Assembly (NCBI GenBank): GCA_032718475.1 | Contig: JAUCBJ010003887.1 | Span: 3,839-67,838 of the forward strand | DNA: 64,000 nt | Reading direction: 5' to 3' | From: Nemertoderma westbladi | Taxonomy: Eukaryota > Animalia > Xenacoelomorpha | Part shown: positions 24,581 through 36,485 of the stretch, in pieces | How positions within the stretch are numbered: the stretch's first letter is position 1 | Layout: every line of letters begins with the position of its first letter | Position numbers and translations under genes: made by a program | The notes under the pieces: model-generated | Databases searched by the model: none | Seen by the model: the letters and a program-made list of their open reading frames with translations, nothing else | What the model was told of the DNA's origin: nothing

Positions 24581-27500
24581 CTATTTACTAATATTGGGTG
24601 GAGATTTGTAGTCTCCTGTCTCGTTTCTAGTCTCCTCAAGGAGTACGAGACGTTGTACAGGTCTGTCTACGGTACGTCCGTCGATAGTCCTTACAGTAAC
24701 TGTCCTCACTACACCAGATGTAGGGTGCGTGGTCAAAATGACTCCAGTCAGCCAAAACCGTCTTTTCAGATTTGCTTCAGCCAATAAAACATGGTCACCA
24801 CGTCTTAAACATCAGGTATTTAGATACCAAGAGGTTCTGGTTGAAATAGAGGGCAAATAATATTTCTGCCATATTTCCCAGAATTTATTTGCAAGCAATT
24901 GAGTGATTTTCCAAGCCTTGTTGCCGTATCCGTCACTATCAACGGGTACCGAAATGGGCAACAATGTCGTCGGCGCCTGCATAAGCAGGTGCGCTGGTGT
25001 CAAGGCAAACTGTACGTCGTTATTGTCTGGGATCAAAGCGATCGGTCTAGTGTTTAAGATTGCTTCGATTTCTATTAGTAACGTCGTCAGTTGGTCGTCT
25101 GTCAATATGTGTTGCGTCGGTAAGACTTTAGCCATAGCTGTTTTAATTGAGCCAATCAGCCTTTCCCAAACGCCGCCTCTCCACGGACTGTCTGGAGTGT
25201 TGAAATTCCAAAAAATACGGTGAGGACGTAGTTCCTCGGAAATCTGGTTTTGGTCCAACCTTCTCAAAGCTCTGGTTATTTCGTTCCGTGAACCCACAAA
25301 GTTTGTCCCTTGGTCGCAGTAAATGGATTTGACCAATCCACGTCTAGCGACAAATCGCCGTAAGGCTAGGATAAAGGCATTGGTGGTCAAATCTGTCACT
25401 CGCTCTATATGGACAGCTCTGCTGGCCATGCAAGTGAAGATCAATCCCCAACATTTTACCTGTACCCTTCCGCGTTTCGCGATTATGGGTCCAAAACAGT
25501 CTATCCCTGTCTCAGTGTAAGGGGGTCTAAACGCCTGTAATCTAGCTAATGGTAGTTCACTCGTTTCTTGGTGTCCTATCCTCGCGTGCACCTTCTTACA
25601 AATAATACAGTTCCGTGTTACCGAACTCAGTGCCTTACTAGGTCTAATCAGTACAAACCTCGAGCGTAAGTGTGATAGACAGTGGTGTCTACCTACGTGT
25701 TTGAGTTGTACATGTGCGTCCAGTATCATAGCGCGCTGTAATTCATGGTGTTGCGGTATGATGATAGGTTACCTAAAGTCAAGTGCAAAGTCGATGTTTT
25801 GGAGTCTGGACTTGTGACAAAGTAAGCCCCTATAAATAATCGGACTCCAACTCAAAATCGGTGAAGACTTAATCTGTTTACCTTGTTTGATCGCTGTGAA
25901 TTCGCGTGCGAAATATCGCAATTGATAATGTCTAATGATATCAACTTCACAGTGGCCAACTTCCTTTGAGGTAAGTCTTCTAGGAAAGTCGCGTTTGCCT
26001 CTGGCATATTGTCTCAATCGTTTGAGCCATGCTAACTTGCGGCATGCGTCAGTCCATGATCTAGTTAGGTTCACTATCCTGTCAATGTAAGTGTTAGTGA
26101 CGTCATCAGGTAAGGTGTAGTCGTAGTGTGGATACTTGTCTGGACTTGGTAGGCCCACGGGCCTTCCGGTAGGTTTGTCTGAGTCCCCAAGTACGTCAAT
26201 CTCTACGGTCTTACCTTTACCGTCCGCACCTAATGTGTCGACTGGCAGTAACGGTTTCAACTCTACAGTATCAGTGTGTTCCTGTGAGCCTGTAAGCTTC
26301 CTAACCTTAGTCACACGCTTACCTGTAGGTGGTAAGTCAAGTACCTTCTTTGAGCGGAGTGTGATCGCTGTGGCCGCCACACCTTTGTCGTCCAAAGAAG
26401 TCAAATTCGGTAAGTCTCTAAAAGTCCGCTCCAATGGGTCTTCTAATGGAGTGTCTAATAGACAGTCTGGTGAAGCGTCCGGTGAACAGTCTGGTGAGAC
26501 GTCTGGTGAGACATAGCGCGGAACATCCGGCGAAATGTCCTGTCGTCGGTCCCAAAGTCTGTCTGGCGTAACTTCTGTCAGAAAGTCTGGTTCAAAGTCT
26601 GGTGGACAGTCTGTCGAGATGTCTGGTGGAAAGTCTGGTGAGACGTCCGGTAGACATTCTGTCGAGAGTTCCATCAAACAGTCTGGCGAACAATCCGGAG
26701 AACAATCTGGTGTCGCTTCTGGTGAATAATCTGGCGAGTAATCTGGTGAACAATCCGGCGAAACGTCTGGTGAAATCTCCTGCGGAACATCCGGCGAAGG
26801 ATTCGTACAAGCGTCTGGTCGAATGTCTGGTGAGACGTCTGGCGTAATGTCAGGTCTGGCGTCCAGGTCATCAGATTTCGTCCGTCCTTTTTTCCTCTTG
26901 ACCTTGGTGTTGGCTTTCGCTTTAGACTTGACAACCTTGTCGATTTTTATCTCGGCACCCTCTGGTATGGTGTTGGTTGTCGCGTCGAATAACAGTGGCC
27001 ATTCGTCTGATGGTCGCTGTAGGAAGTCGGGTCCTCTAAACCAAAAGGATTTATTGTCCGGTTTACAAAAGTCAAGCGGTTGCATCCCCCGTGACGCGAT
27101 GTCAGCTGGGTTCAGCTTCCCTGGACAGTGACGCCAATCTTGTTTGAGCGACCGGTCTAGTATTTCAGCCCGTCTGTTGGCTACGAAAGTCTTGAACTCA
27201 AACGCTTCATTGTTTATATACCAAAGTACCAACGTCGCATCCGTCCAATATGTGACCTTCAAGTTAGCCTCCAGCTCGCGTTGAACTAGACTGACAATAT
27301 CGGTGGATATCGTCCCGGCTTGCAGCTCCCCACGAGGTACAGTCATATACTTCAATGGCATTGTTCTAGCTCTTGAAGTAACGAGAGACACATCGTAGCT
27401 GTCCGATGTCACTTGTCGTCTAAGGTATAAAGTAACCCCCAATCCATCCTTGCTAGCGTCACTAAAGCTGTGAAGCTCTAAATCGGCAGGAAAGGTGGTT

Positions 27501-30500
27501 TGCAAAGGAAAGTATACCCTCGGTATGGTATAGTCATGTAGGAACGTCAGTTGGGCTTCCCAGTCCCTCCATCGCTCAGCTAACTTTTCTGGGATGGGGT
27601 CGTCCCATTCCAGTCCGGCTTGCCAAATGCTGTGGAGTATGATCCTAGCATGTAGGATCACTGGACTAATGAAACACAATGGGTCATACAATCGACTCAT
27701 GGTCGATAAGCAAGTCCTCTTAGTGAGAGGTCTAGTCTGGTCGTTGGACCTTACACGTACCCTAAAATTGTCGGTGTTGGGGTCCCAACTAAGTCCTAAT
27801 ACTTTGGTCGTCGGCAGAGGTTCTAGGTCTAAGTCCAAGTCACCTCCACTGCGACCCATCGGGTCAAATGAGTTCACCAGCTCTGGTTCGTTGGAAGCGA
27901 ACTTCGTCAGGTGAAATCCGCCCTCAGCGAGACAATCCTGGAGTTGGTGTGCTACGGTTGTAGCGCGCTCCAAGTTGTCACAACTCTTGAGGCTGTCATC
28001 CACGTAGAAGTCTCGTTCCACGGTCCGAACTACTTCTGGGTCAAATTGGTCTCGTCTGTCTAATGCGGTCTGCTTTAATGCGTACATGGTGCAGTTGGGG
28101 CTGTCCCTGGCTCCGAAAACTCTTACCTGCATTTGGTAAGTCTCTGGCGGAAGTTGTAAGTTTCTGTCCGGATACCAAAGAAACCTCAAGCTGTCCCTGT
28201 CCCGCTCCAAAGCCTTAACCTGGTGAAACATGGCCTCTACGTCACAGGTGAAAGCCACTTTGTGTTGTCTAAAACGCATTAGGACTCCCATGAGGTAATT
28301 GTTCATATTCGGCCCGTCCATCAGTTCGCTGTTCATAGACATCCCTTGGTAAAGCGCGGCGCAGTCGTTGACTACACGCACCTTGCCAGGTTTGTCCGGG
28401 TGTCGAACAAAATGATGTGGCAGGTAATATGTCTGGTCTGTGGTTACCTCGGGATTTAACATCCTAATGGCGTACCCCTTTTGGAGATACGTCTGAAGTT
28501 GTGCATTGTATTGCAAATGGGCCGTCTCATCTCGCAACAATCGCTGCCTTATTGATTTGAGTCGCCTCAAAGCAAGCGGGTAATTGTTAACGAGCTTAGG
28601 TTGTCCATTGCGCCACAACATACTAACCTCATAGTGGCCATTCGCGGTCTGGCGAATGGTATCTCTCATAATATTTAATGACCGTTTTTTCTGTTCTGAC
28701 ATAGCGGTCTCGTAACTACCGGGTTCTGCTGAGTCCTGTTCCAACCATTGAATGGTCCGTTCAGTCAGCAGTCGGTCTAGCGCTGCTTGCACTGCGCCAT
28801 GGTCCTCGTCCACGTCTTCGTCCGCTGCGGTGGCTAGTGTCAAGGTGTCTGGTAGGCTCGCAAGCCTTCCGGTGTCACTAGTCGGCGTCGAATCGTCGTG
28901 CGGCGGTTTGACAACTTCTTGATCTATTGGTAGGCTCGCAAGCCTTCCAAGATCAACGACCGGTGTCGAAGCCTGGTGGGTGGGGTCAATGACCTTCGGA
29001 TTTTTCGGTAGGCTCGCAAGCCTTCCAAAATCCTCATTCATCGAGTCATCCACGGCAACAACCCTTTGGTCTTCAGTAGTCAATACAACCTGGTCTACTG
29101 CAAGTAGTTGTAAGTCAGAGGTCCGTATGGTCATGTCCAGATCGGTTACGTCAGTATCGGTGGCGTCTGCGTTAGCGACGCAAGTCTGTCATAGTGCCGT
29201 CCGTACAATTGGACCACAGGAGTGTGAAGGAGAATTATCTATCGTGTTAGTCAATAAACTACACGTACTCAAAACATCGTCCTCCTGGTCACTTACCTCT
29301 AGTGAACGTATTGGTGCTCTAGTATACCAACCTATGGGAGTTCTACATGCGTAGGGGTTGCCCGCTGTAATAACAGATGGGCGTGTCTCCCACACCTGAT
29401 GTAAGTTAAACTGGTCTGTCCCAATTAACATCGCAATGGAACGATAATTAACAGGACATTCCGGTATTCCAAGGTGTCGGAAATACTTACGATCTTCCGG
29501 TGATTGCTCTGGCACAGGGCCGAGCAAGTTACTAAAGTCCTTCGTAGCTGCAAAGGTCAAATTTCTTACCAGAAGTAATGAGCGCTCCTCCTTGCTGTGT
29601 TCCGCTTTGGAAAGAAGAGTGTCTAAAGTTAGTTTTACTCTCGTCACAGGGATCGCTCTCTTACCATGCATGCTGCTTACAGTATACTGAGCAGTCTTAC
29701 CTTGACTCATGTCCGTAACTACGTCGGCTACTTGTTCGTCGACATAGCTATGTGATGACGCAGAGTCTAAGATGGCGTATATACGCTTGCTTCCTCGGGT
29801 TCCGGTAATCTTTATAGGAATCACACTAAACCCTTTCAGTTGGTTCTGTGTGAGGAGCGTTATCGAAGGCTGTTCCTCACCTGCATGCACGTAGAAAGTG
29901 TCGTCTTCCTCCTCGTCCTCGTCCGATGATCCTGACTGATCCATACAGTCTGTATAAAAGGTACGGATCTCGCGCGGCGCACGCTCCTTGTAAAGCGCGT
30001 CGCATCTAGCCGCTTTATCTGGATGCTCTCGTCGAAAGCGTCTGGTCGGAGTATGACTGGTTGTGTGAAGCAACGCGTCATGGTTACGTCCACACAGAGA
30101 ACATGTATCGTCGCTCGAGCAATCCTTCCGGACGTGTCCTGGCTTCATACATCTCCAGCAGGAATCTACAGATCGGATTTGGAGTCTCCTCTCCTCGATC
30201 CCCAACTCTTTAAAAGCGCGACATCCGCGTAGTTTATGTCCGCTGTAGTTTCTGCCGTTCCGCTCGCAGTATGAGCATCCCACAAAGTCCGCCGGCAACT
30301 GTTGTCGTGGCTGCGTGGTGCCGATAGGCGTCAGAACTTTAGAAGTCTCAATAGGGGTGGCGTAAGTAACGGCTTTCGCGTTCGTCGGAAGTGGTTTAGT
30401 CCGAATTGGCGCAGAAATAGCTATCCCTTCCGCCGCGATATGGTGATCGGTATAGTTCGATCGAGTCTCGATCACGGCCTCCCGTGAAATCAGTTGATAG

Positions 30501-33145
30501 ACATCGGTGAGTTTTAATAACCCTCCGGCCTCTTTGCGCTGGTACTCGATGCTTCGCCATTCTCGTCGTAGTCGATGGTGAAGTCGACCGATTATTCGAA
30601 TGAGAACCGTTGGTGCGTTAGCGTACTCGAGTTGTCCAATGGACCGCAAAGTCCCTATAGCGTTCTTGATTTCGTCCGCGAGTCGTAAAAGGTCGATCGG
30701 TTTCGAAATGTTGCCTCCTCTGCAGAGGTCTTCAATAATGGATTTAGCCATGGCGACGTTACCTCCGTAAATCGAATATAAACGGTCGTACGCCAACTCA
30801 AAGGCATCGGGAACACCAATGAAGGTTTCCGCTAATCGTTTCGGCTCACCAGACAGAACTTGGAGCAAGTAATTAAACTTCTCCGTCGAGGTGAAAGCAC
30901 ACTTAGCGATCTGGGACTCTACATAGTCTACCAGTGTGCGCCAGTGTTTCGCGTTGCCAGAGAACTTCGGCGGTTGCTGTGCCGGTAATCCGTGTCTAGC
31001 CGCGAATTTCGCAATCTCGCTAACTAAGTCCAACTGTCCGCGTCCCTGTTCGGCGGCGTCGTCCAGTCGCTCCCTTCCGCGCGTTGTTCGTCGGTAAGAA
31101 TTATTAATGGGATCTTCTTCTCGATGTGTCGGAGTCTGTCTAGTCTCCTGTTCTCTCCTTGGTGGTCGATATTGTCTAGGTTGTTCCAACTCCACGCTGG
31201 TTCGAGATCGATCCGACGGTTGCGCTTCGAGTCGTTCTTCGAGTTGAGCTATTCTGTCCGTCATCTCGGTGAACTGTTTGGCGCTGATCGTTTCCGCTGG
31301 TTTCAACGTGGGTTTCTGTTGGGGTGTTTCTCGAGGTGGATTGTCGATGTATGGATTTGTCGACATCTCCTCTCGTTTGTAATCCTCCGCCGCTCCAGTA
31401 CGGAATATTTCCCGTTCCGTCGACTCCGAGTCACTAGATGAGTCGCTGTCGTCCGGATAAGGTGGCTGGCGGGTTCGTGTCCGGCGTATTATTCTTGGTC
31501 TCGTCCGTTGTGGTCAGGGATCTACGGCTCTCCGTTGTTCGGTAGGCTCGCAAGCCTTCCACGAAGTCGTAGGTCTCGTTATACGTTGTCCGATCCCGTG
31601 GGTACTACCCACATCCATCCTCCTCCGTAGTTCGGTAGGCTCGCAAGCCTTCCACGAAGTCGTAGGTTGCGTCGAACATTGTGTCAACGGTCGAGTGAAA
31701 TAGTCGGGTTTCGTAGTCGGTCTATAAATAACTGGATTCGCACAGCACGTCACAGGTTTAACTTGTAATGGTTTACTCACCTGTTTAATGGTCATAAACG
31801 CAGGTTCCTCTCTTCCTACAAGTAGACTACGACTTACTGTAGGTGGGCTAGTTATGTTACCTGCTAAAATTGGCGATGAAGTCGCCCTAGGTTGCGGTAT
31901 TTCCGTCACAACAAACCTGTTGCCTTGCGTCGAACGCACAGGCGTTATTTCCTTAGGTTTCGTAACAAAGACCGGTTTTATCGGAGTCGCGGGTTTGAGC
32001 ATAGGAATAACTTGGGGAAAACGTTTACAGTAATCCTCGACGAACTCTTCTCCTCGCTCTATCGCTCCCACACTTCCTTCCTCGATTCGCTTCTGTATTC
32101 CGCGATATCGAGCTTCCATACGATCCAGGGCAGACAAGTCGTGTCCAGCTCGCGTTCTTATAGATCTATCTCTCGCGTCGAGTTCAAGGTCCGCTTGCGC
32201 ATTCGCTGCCTCGCGCGATCTACGATTAAATTTGAACTGTAGTTGCATCTCCCTTTCGCGTCGATCTGCTACTTGTTGTTGTGCCGCTAACTCCGCTTCC
32301 TGTATAGCTAAACGTGATTTTATTTGCCGTGCCTCCTACTGAGCGTCAGATGCCTCTTTCAGTCGTGTTAAGTCCTCCTCTAATCTTCTCAATTCGGCGC
32401 TTTCGACTTCGGCTTGCGCCTTGAGTTGCGCAATTTTCGTTTCGTCTTCTCTACGTTGTTTCTCTCCCTCGATAGCAATCTGTGCCATATGGTGTTGCGC
32501 TTCTTCCTCGGCGACTTGTTGTCTGCGTGCAACCTCCTGTTGTTGTCGAGTAATTACAGACGATGTCCTACTAACGTCGCCAACGTCACTCCGCATGCTA
32601 ACGAACGATCTATCCAGAGGTGGATGCTGGTAGGCTCGCGAGCCTTCCGTAGTGAGAACTTCCGTTATCCCTCGCGGTTCGACTTCCGGTTCGTCGATCG
32701 GTACGCCGCATCTACGAAGAAAATTGGTGAGCGTTTCCAACCTCCCGTCCAGGCAGTAGAGTTCTTCTTCCTCTTCGGGTTGTAACAACGCGTCCGAAAC
32801 TGACTCACCTAGCAGTTGGTCGAACTGCTCCTGTTGAGCCAATCTTATCACCGACTTAAACTGGATAAGGCTTTCTCTCGCACTTACCAACTTGTCTATT
32901 ATCTTTACCTGAGTAAAGTTATCGCCACGCAACTCTGCAAGTTCGTGTAAACCTTTAAGTTTATCTACGGAGGCATGTACCCTACTTTCTATCCTTACCT
33001 GTAAGGTGTAGAACTCGTATCTCGACATCGGGGCGGTTAACTCGCGTAAAACGCGAAAACCTTCTCCAAGGTTCCGAGTAATCTGGGCCATGTGTCCTCC
33101 TATACTCCTAATAACGTTCTCCTGGCTTCCAGTCGAACTTACCAT
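24581..33145 (-). pseudogene. Single-frame gag-pol of element A (2855 codons, 5 premature stops)
   Basis: All ORF pieces share one frame. Gag knuckles, protease ILDSAS, RT DFYVDD, RH FSDAS/YWTDA/NPADIASRG, integrase H-H-C-C plus GIDCFGP, CDQGTNF, GGVWE. Confidence 0.95.
26455..26860 (-). repeat. Degenerate 12-bp coding tandem repeat (SPDV/SPDC) in the RH-IN linker of A
   Basis: Runs of TCTGGTGAGACG-like units. Confidence 0.85.
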
Positions 33146-34165
33146 GTCCGGTTCCCTTACGTTATATACGTCAAGTACGGGTAATAAAATGTCAAAGTGT
33201 CTGAATGTTGAAGTGTCAAACTTACCTTGGTATATATAATATATATATACCCTAACCGGTACAAATAAATCAACAAAGTCAGAATGTCGAAATGTCAAAA
33301 TGTCAAAATGTACGAATGTCAAACTTACCTTGATATATATATATATCATATATATACCCTAACCGGTACAAATAAACTAACAAAGTATACAATAAAATAA
33401 GTAATAATCTAGCCTACCGGCCAAATTTGTACGAATAAATGAGATAACGGTATACGTTACCAAAATATAGATCAACAAGTACAAATAATAGGCAAAACAG
33501 CAAAGTCTAACGGGAAAATAAGTACCAACAACACTACTAATAGACAGTGAAACCCACAAATTTTGAGTACTACTGTGCTTTCTTAAGTTTGAACGACGCG
33601 AGTCGTAAAACTTACGTTCCTTTGATCTTCCAGTCGTGCAAATTCCCAAATACAAACCGGACGTGGGTCGTTCCGTTTTTCGGCGGCGCGGACGAATTTA
33701 TTGTCTCCCAAACTTTGCGAAAAGCGGTCTAATCCTCGAAGCGGTCCAGAAATGAGTCCTTGAGTCCTGAAAAGATCGAAGGTGAGAGTTTTACTTCTAC
33801 GCTACGAAAGGTCTTCCTAGGTACCGATACAAATTGGTCTTTAAACCCTATGTACCTTTTCAAGTACCGAAAGTAACACCGCACACACATGGCGTAAAAC
33901 AAAATGCTACAAACTAACTATTAGCTAGTCAAATATTAAATACGAAAGTACTAGCTACCCTAAAAGCCTACTGAAGCAGGGGACGTTCTAAATTACTAAA
34001 TTTACTAACCTTAAATTTTAAATATCTCCTACTTTCAATAGCTAACAGATCTAAATAATACTATACACTAATTTCAGAATTTGTATAATAATACTTCTTA
34101 CTGTTGTAGTGCGCACGCACTACAAAGCGTACAGATCTAAACAATACTATACACTAATTTATATA

Positions 34166-34176
34166 GTACTTCCTAC
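34166..34176 (-). promoter_or_regulatory. Non-tRNA primer-binding site of A (GTAGGAAGTAC)
   Basis: Flush with the 5' LTR end TTACA; no TGG; exact complement inside the LTR at 35437-35447 (18425-18435 in the 3' LTR). Confidence 0.7.
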
Positions 34177-36485
34177 TGTAAGGTCCAGCAGTATACCGCT
34201 TACCAAATCCTAGTAACGATTGTATCTTACCGTAAGATCTAGTAATGTATACGGGCTCGTACAGTATCTGACAACAAATCCCAGTCCAGGATATCTAAAC
34301 AAACAGATACAATACACAAACGACTACTGGTGAGGAACAGAGCCTAGTGTCTATTCTATGTACGTGAGCGGGTCTAATGCCTACGAACTAGACGAAAGGA
34401 TACCTGTCCTCTAACCGGTGAGGCAGATGTACAGTTACAGTAACAGACCAAACTCACGGGAAAACAATCCCCGCGCAGCGAATCCTAACTATCGCTGACA
34501 GTCCTAAATACCGTAACTTGCCGCGGTGTAATTTATATGGTTTATATACGAGCTAGTGGGTTAACAGACCTAGCGTAACAATGCTGATTCATGTCCTAAA
34601 TCAGTCGAAAAGGGGTCGTGCCTAATGTAACAATAACTGATCCCCCTGTACGAAATCAGTCTAAAAGGTCAGGCCTAAATGTAACAATACTGCTGAACAG
34701 GAAGCAACAGTTTAATAACGAAATGAAATACTCTCTCTTGCCGTAACTAAATATCAGATCCTAATTTACAAATGCAGATAATTTCTACCTAAAATAATGT
34801 ATAGTGCGCTATAGCTAGTAGAACTCTAAGGGCGAATATGTTTTAGGGCGTGTGTGTGTGGGTGTGTTACAAATAAAACAATTTTATGTATCTCTTTTAC
34901 TAGGTTTTAGTGATTTTCTGACCGAAATGATACCGTGCGCTAGCTACTAAAATAAACTAGTCGCGTTTTGTAGAACTTTATACTCACAAATGACGTCAAA
35001 GCTCTCTCCTTCCTATCCACAACTCAATGGGCAACCACGGTGTTAGTAACTACACCCGTGATCGGCACTAATACCAGATTCTGGTTGTAAGATAAGAAAT
35101 AGGGGTTAATCGCTACCGTACGTTAGCTGATCTGGTATACTAATTTAATTCTAGAACTTTGTTGCCGCGGTAGTTAGCAGCAATACCTATCAGTACGTAG
35201 CAAGGCGCGGTAGGATATTAATAAAACCTCCCTAGGCCAAGCAGTGTGCCGGTAGCAGAAATGCTCCTTGCCTGATCAAATAGCTAACTCCAGACAGGGG
35301 GGGGGGGGGGTACTAATGTACGTTCTACAAAGCGAACCGGTACCAAACAGTCCGTACTACGAATCACTAAATTATGGAACATATGCTGTCCGTACCTATG
35401 TACTCGCGTACTGACGAATGGCAATAGTTCGCACCTGTAGGAAGTACAGGTTAACCCAGGGGTTCGCAGGACATAACAAAGGGGGGGGTTCCTGTCTAAA
35501 TATAATTATTTGATCCTAAATTTGCGGCGTCCAGGACGGCGTCACGCTTACCCTGATCTATAGGTCTTACGGCGGGCAAGGGCGTCGAACAAAGTCTTAC
35601 CTTTCTCACAAAGCGGGCGCTGCATGGCAAGTGGAGTATTTCGAAGGGCAAAGGGGGTGCGCGGTCAAATCCAATGTGGGCGCTAGCGTGTTGTGGACAT
35701 CTTTCCCCTGCGTTGCTGATGGCCTAACGGTCTAGGCTGCCATCTTCCCGATGTTTGGCTGTCCCAAAGTTGGACCAAAAGAAAACATGTTCAGGAATTT
35801 GCAGTATATTTACAGTTTTAGCAAAGGATTTATCAAACAGATTTAACAAAGTTTCAACAAGAAACCAAATAAACTAATAACAATTTACTAAATATACTAG
35901 CGAAGTATAAGGTATTAGGTATTAGAGAGGGGTGTTAAGAAGGTGATAACCGAAGGCAAACCGGCCTTTTATACTAAATATCGCACATGGAAAACAAACA
36001 GAATTTTCCACAGCTTCACATTTGAGCAATAAAGTGCTTTATGCCCTATGATTGGCCCAGCTCATCGTTCAACGCAATCCGGCCCTTACACTAATCTGGG
36101 ACATGGAATCCTAACAGAATTTTCCATAGCCTCACATTTGAGCAATAAGATATTTTATGCCCCATGATTGGCCTGGCTCATCGTTCGCTACGTTGTACGC
36201 TTCTCATTGGTCCACCAATTTGCACCAAATGAAAATAAATGGCCCCAAAATACAAATTTCCCGACCGGGATTCGAACTCGTAACCTATCTGTAATGTAAC
36301 CAACGCATCTGTTCCACTACGCTCTATCTGACCACTACGCCACGAGAGTACCTAGGGGATTTATGTGTACAAATATGAATAGGTATATTACATTACTGTA
36401 ACTTAATCAAAATGCGTCGGATTTTCGAAAGTTTTTACGTTAAAGTTAAACTACAAATGCTATCTTATAGTGAAATAATTCATCA
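34177..36485 (-). repeat. 5' LTR of element A
   Basis: TGATG...TTACA on the minus strand; upstream of gag. Confidence 0.96.

Larger units (their letters stand above)
19948..32648 (-). promoter_or_regulatory. Dispersed 20-nt hairpin motif GGAAGGCT-YNNG-AGCCTACC, 12 copies
   Basis: Plus-strand starts at 19948, 20071, 21522, 23062, 24207, 26148, 28851, 28929, 29007, 31541, 31634, 32629; all in one orientation. Confidence 0.9.
17160..36485 (-). mobile_element. Full-length BEL/Pao LTR retrotransposon 'A' (19.3 kb)
   Basis: Two ~2.3-kb LTRs with TG...CA termini; 5-bp TSD GTCTG (17155-17159 and 36486-36490); gag-PR-RT-RH-IN order; PPT GGAGCGG (19467-19473). Confidence 0.97.

Noticed and set aside
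19948-32648. Hairpin repeats as a CRISPR array
   Set aside because: Spacing is irregular (78 bp to several kb), copies lie inside coding sequence, there are no cas genes, and the context is eukaryotic.
24581-33145. Programmed stop readthrough in gag-pol
   Set aside because: Five stops at arbitrary positions, including inside integrase, are better explained by mutation.
33146-33349. N-terminal 68 aa of ORF 32336-33349
   Set aside because: Made of AT-rich leader repeats; the ATG at 33145 is the more plausible start.
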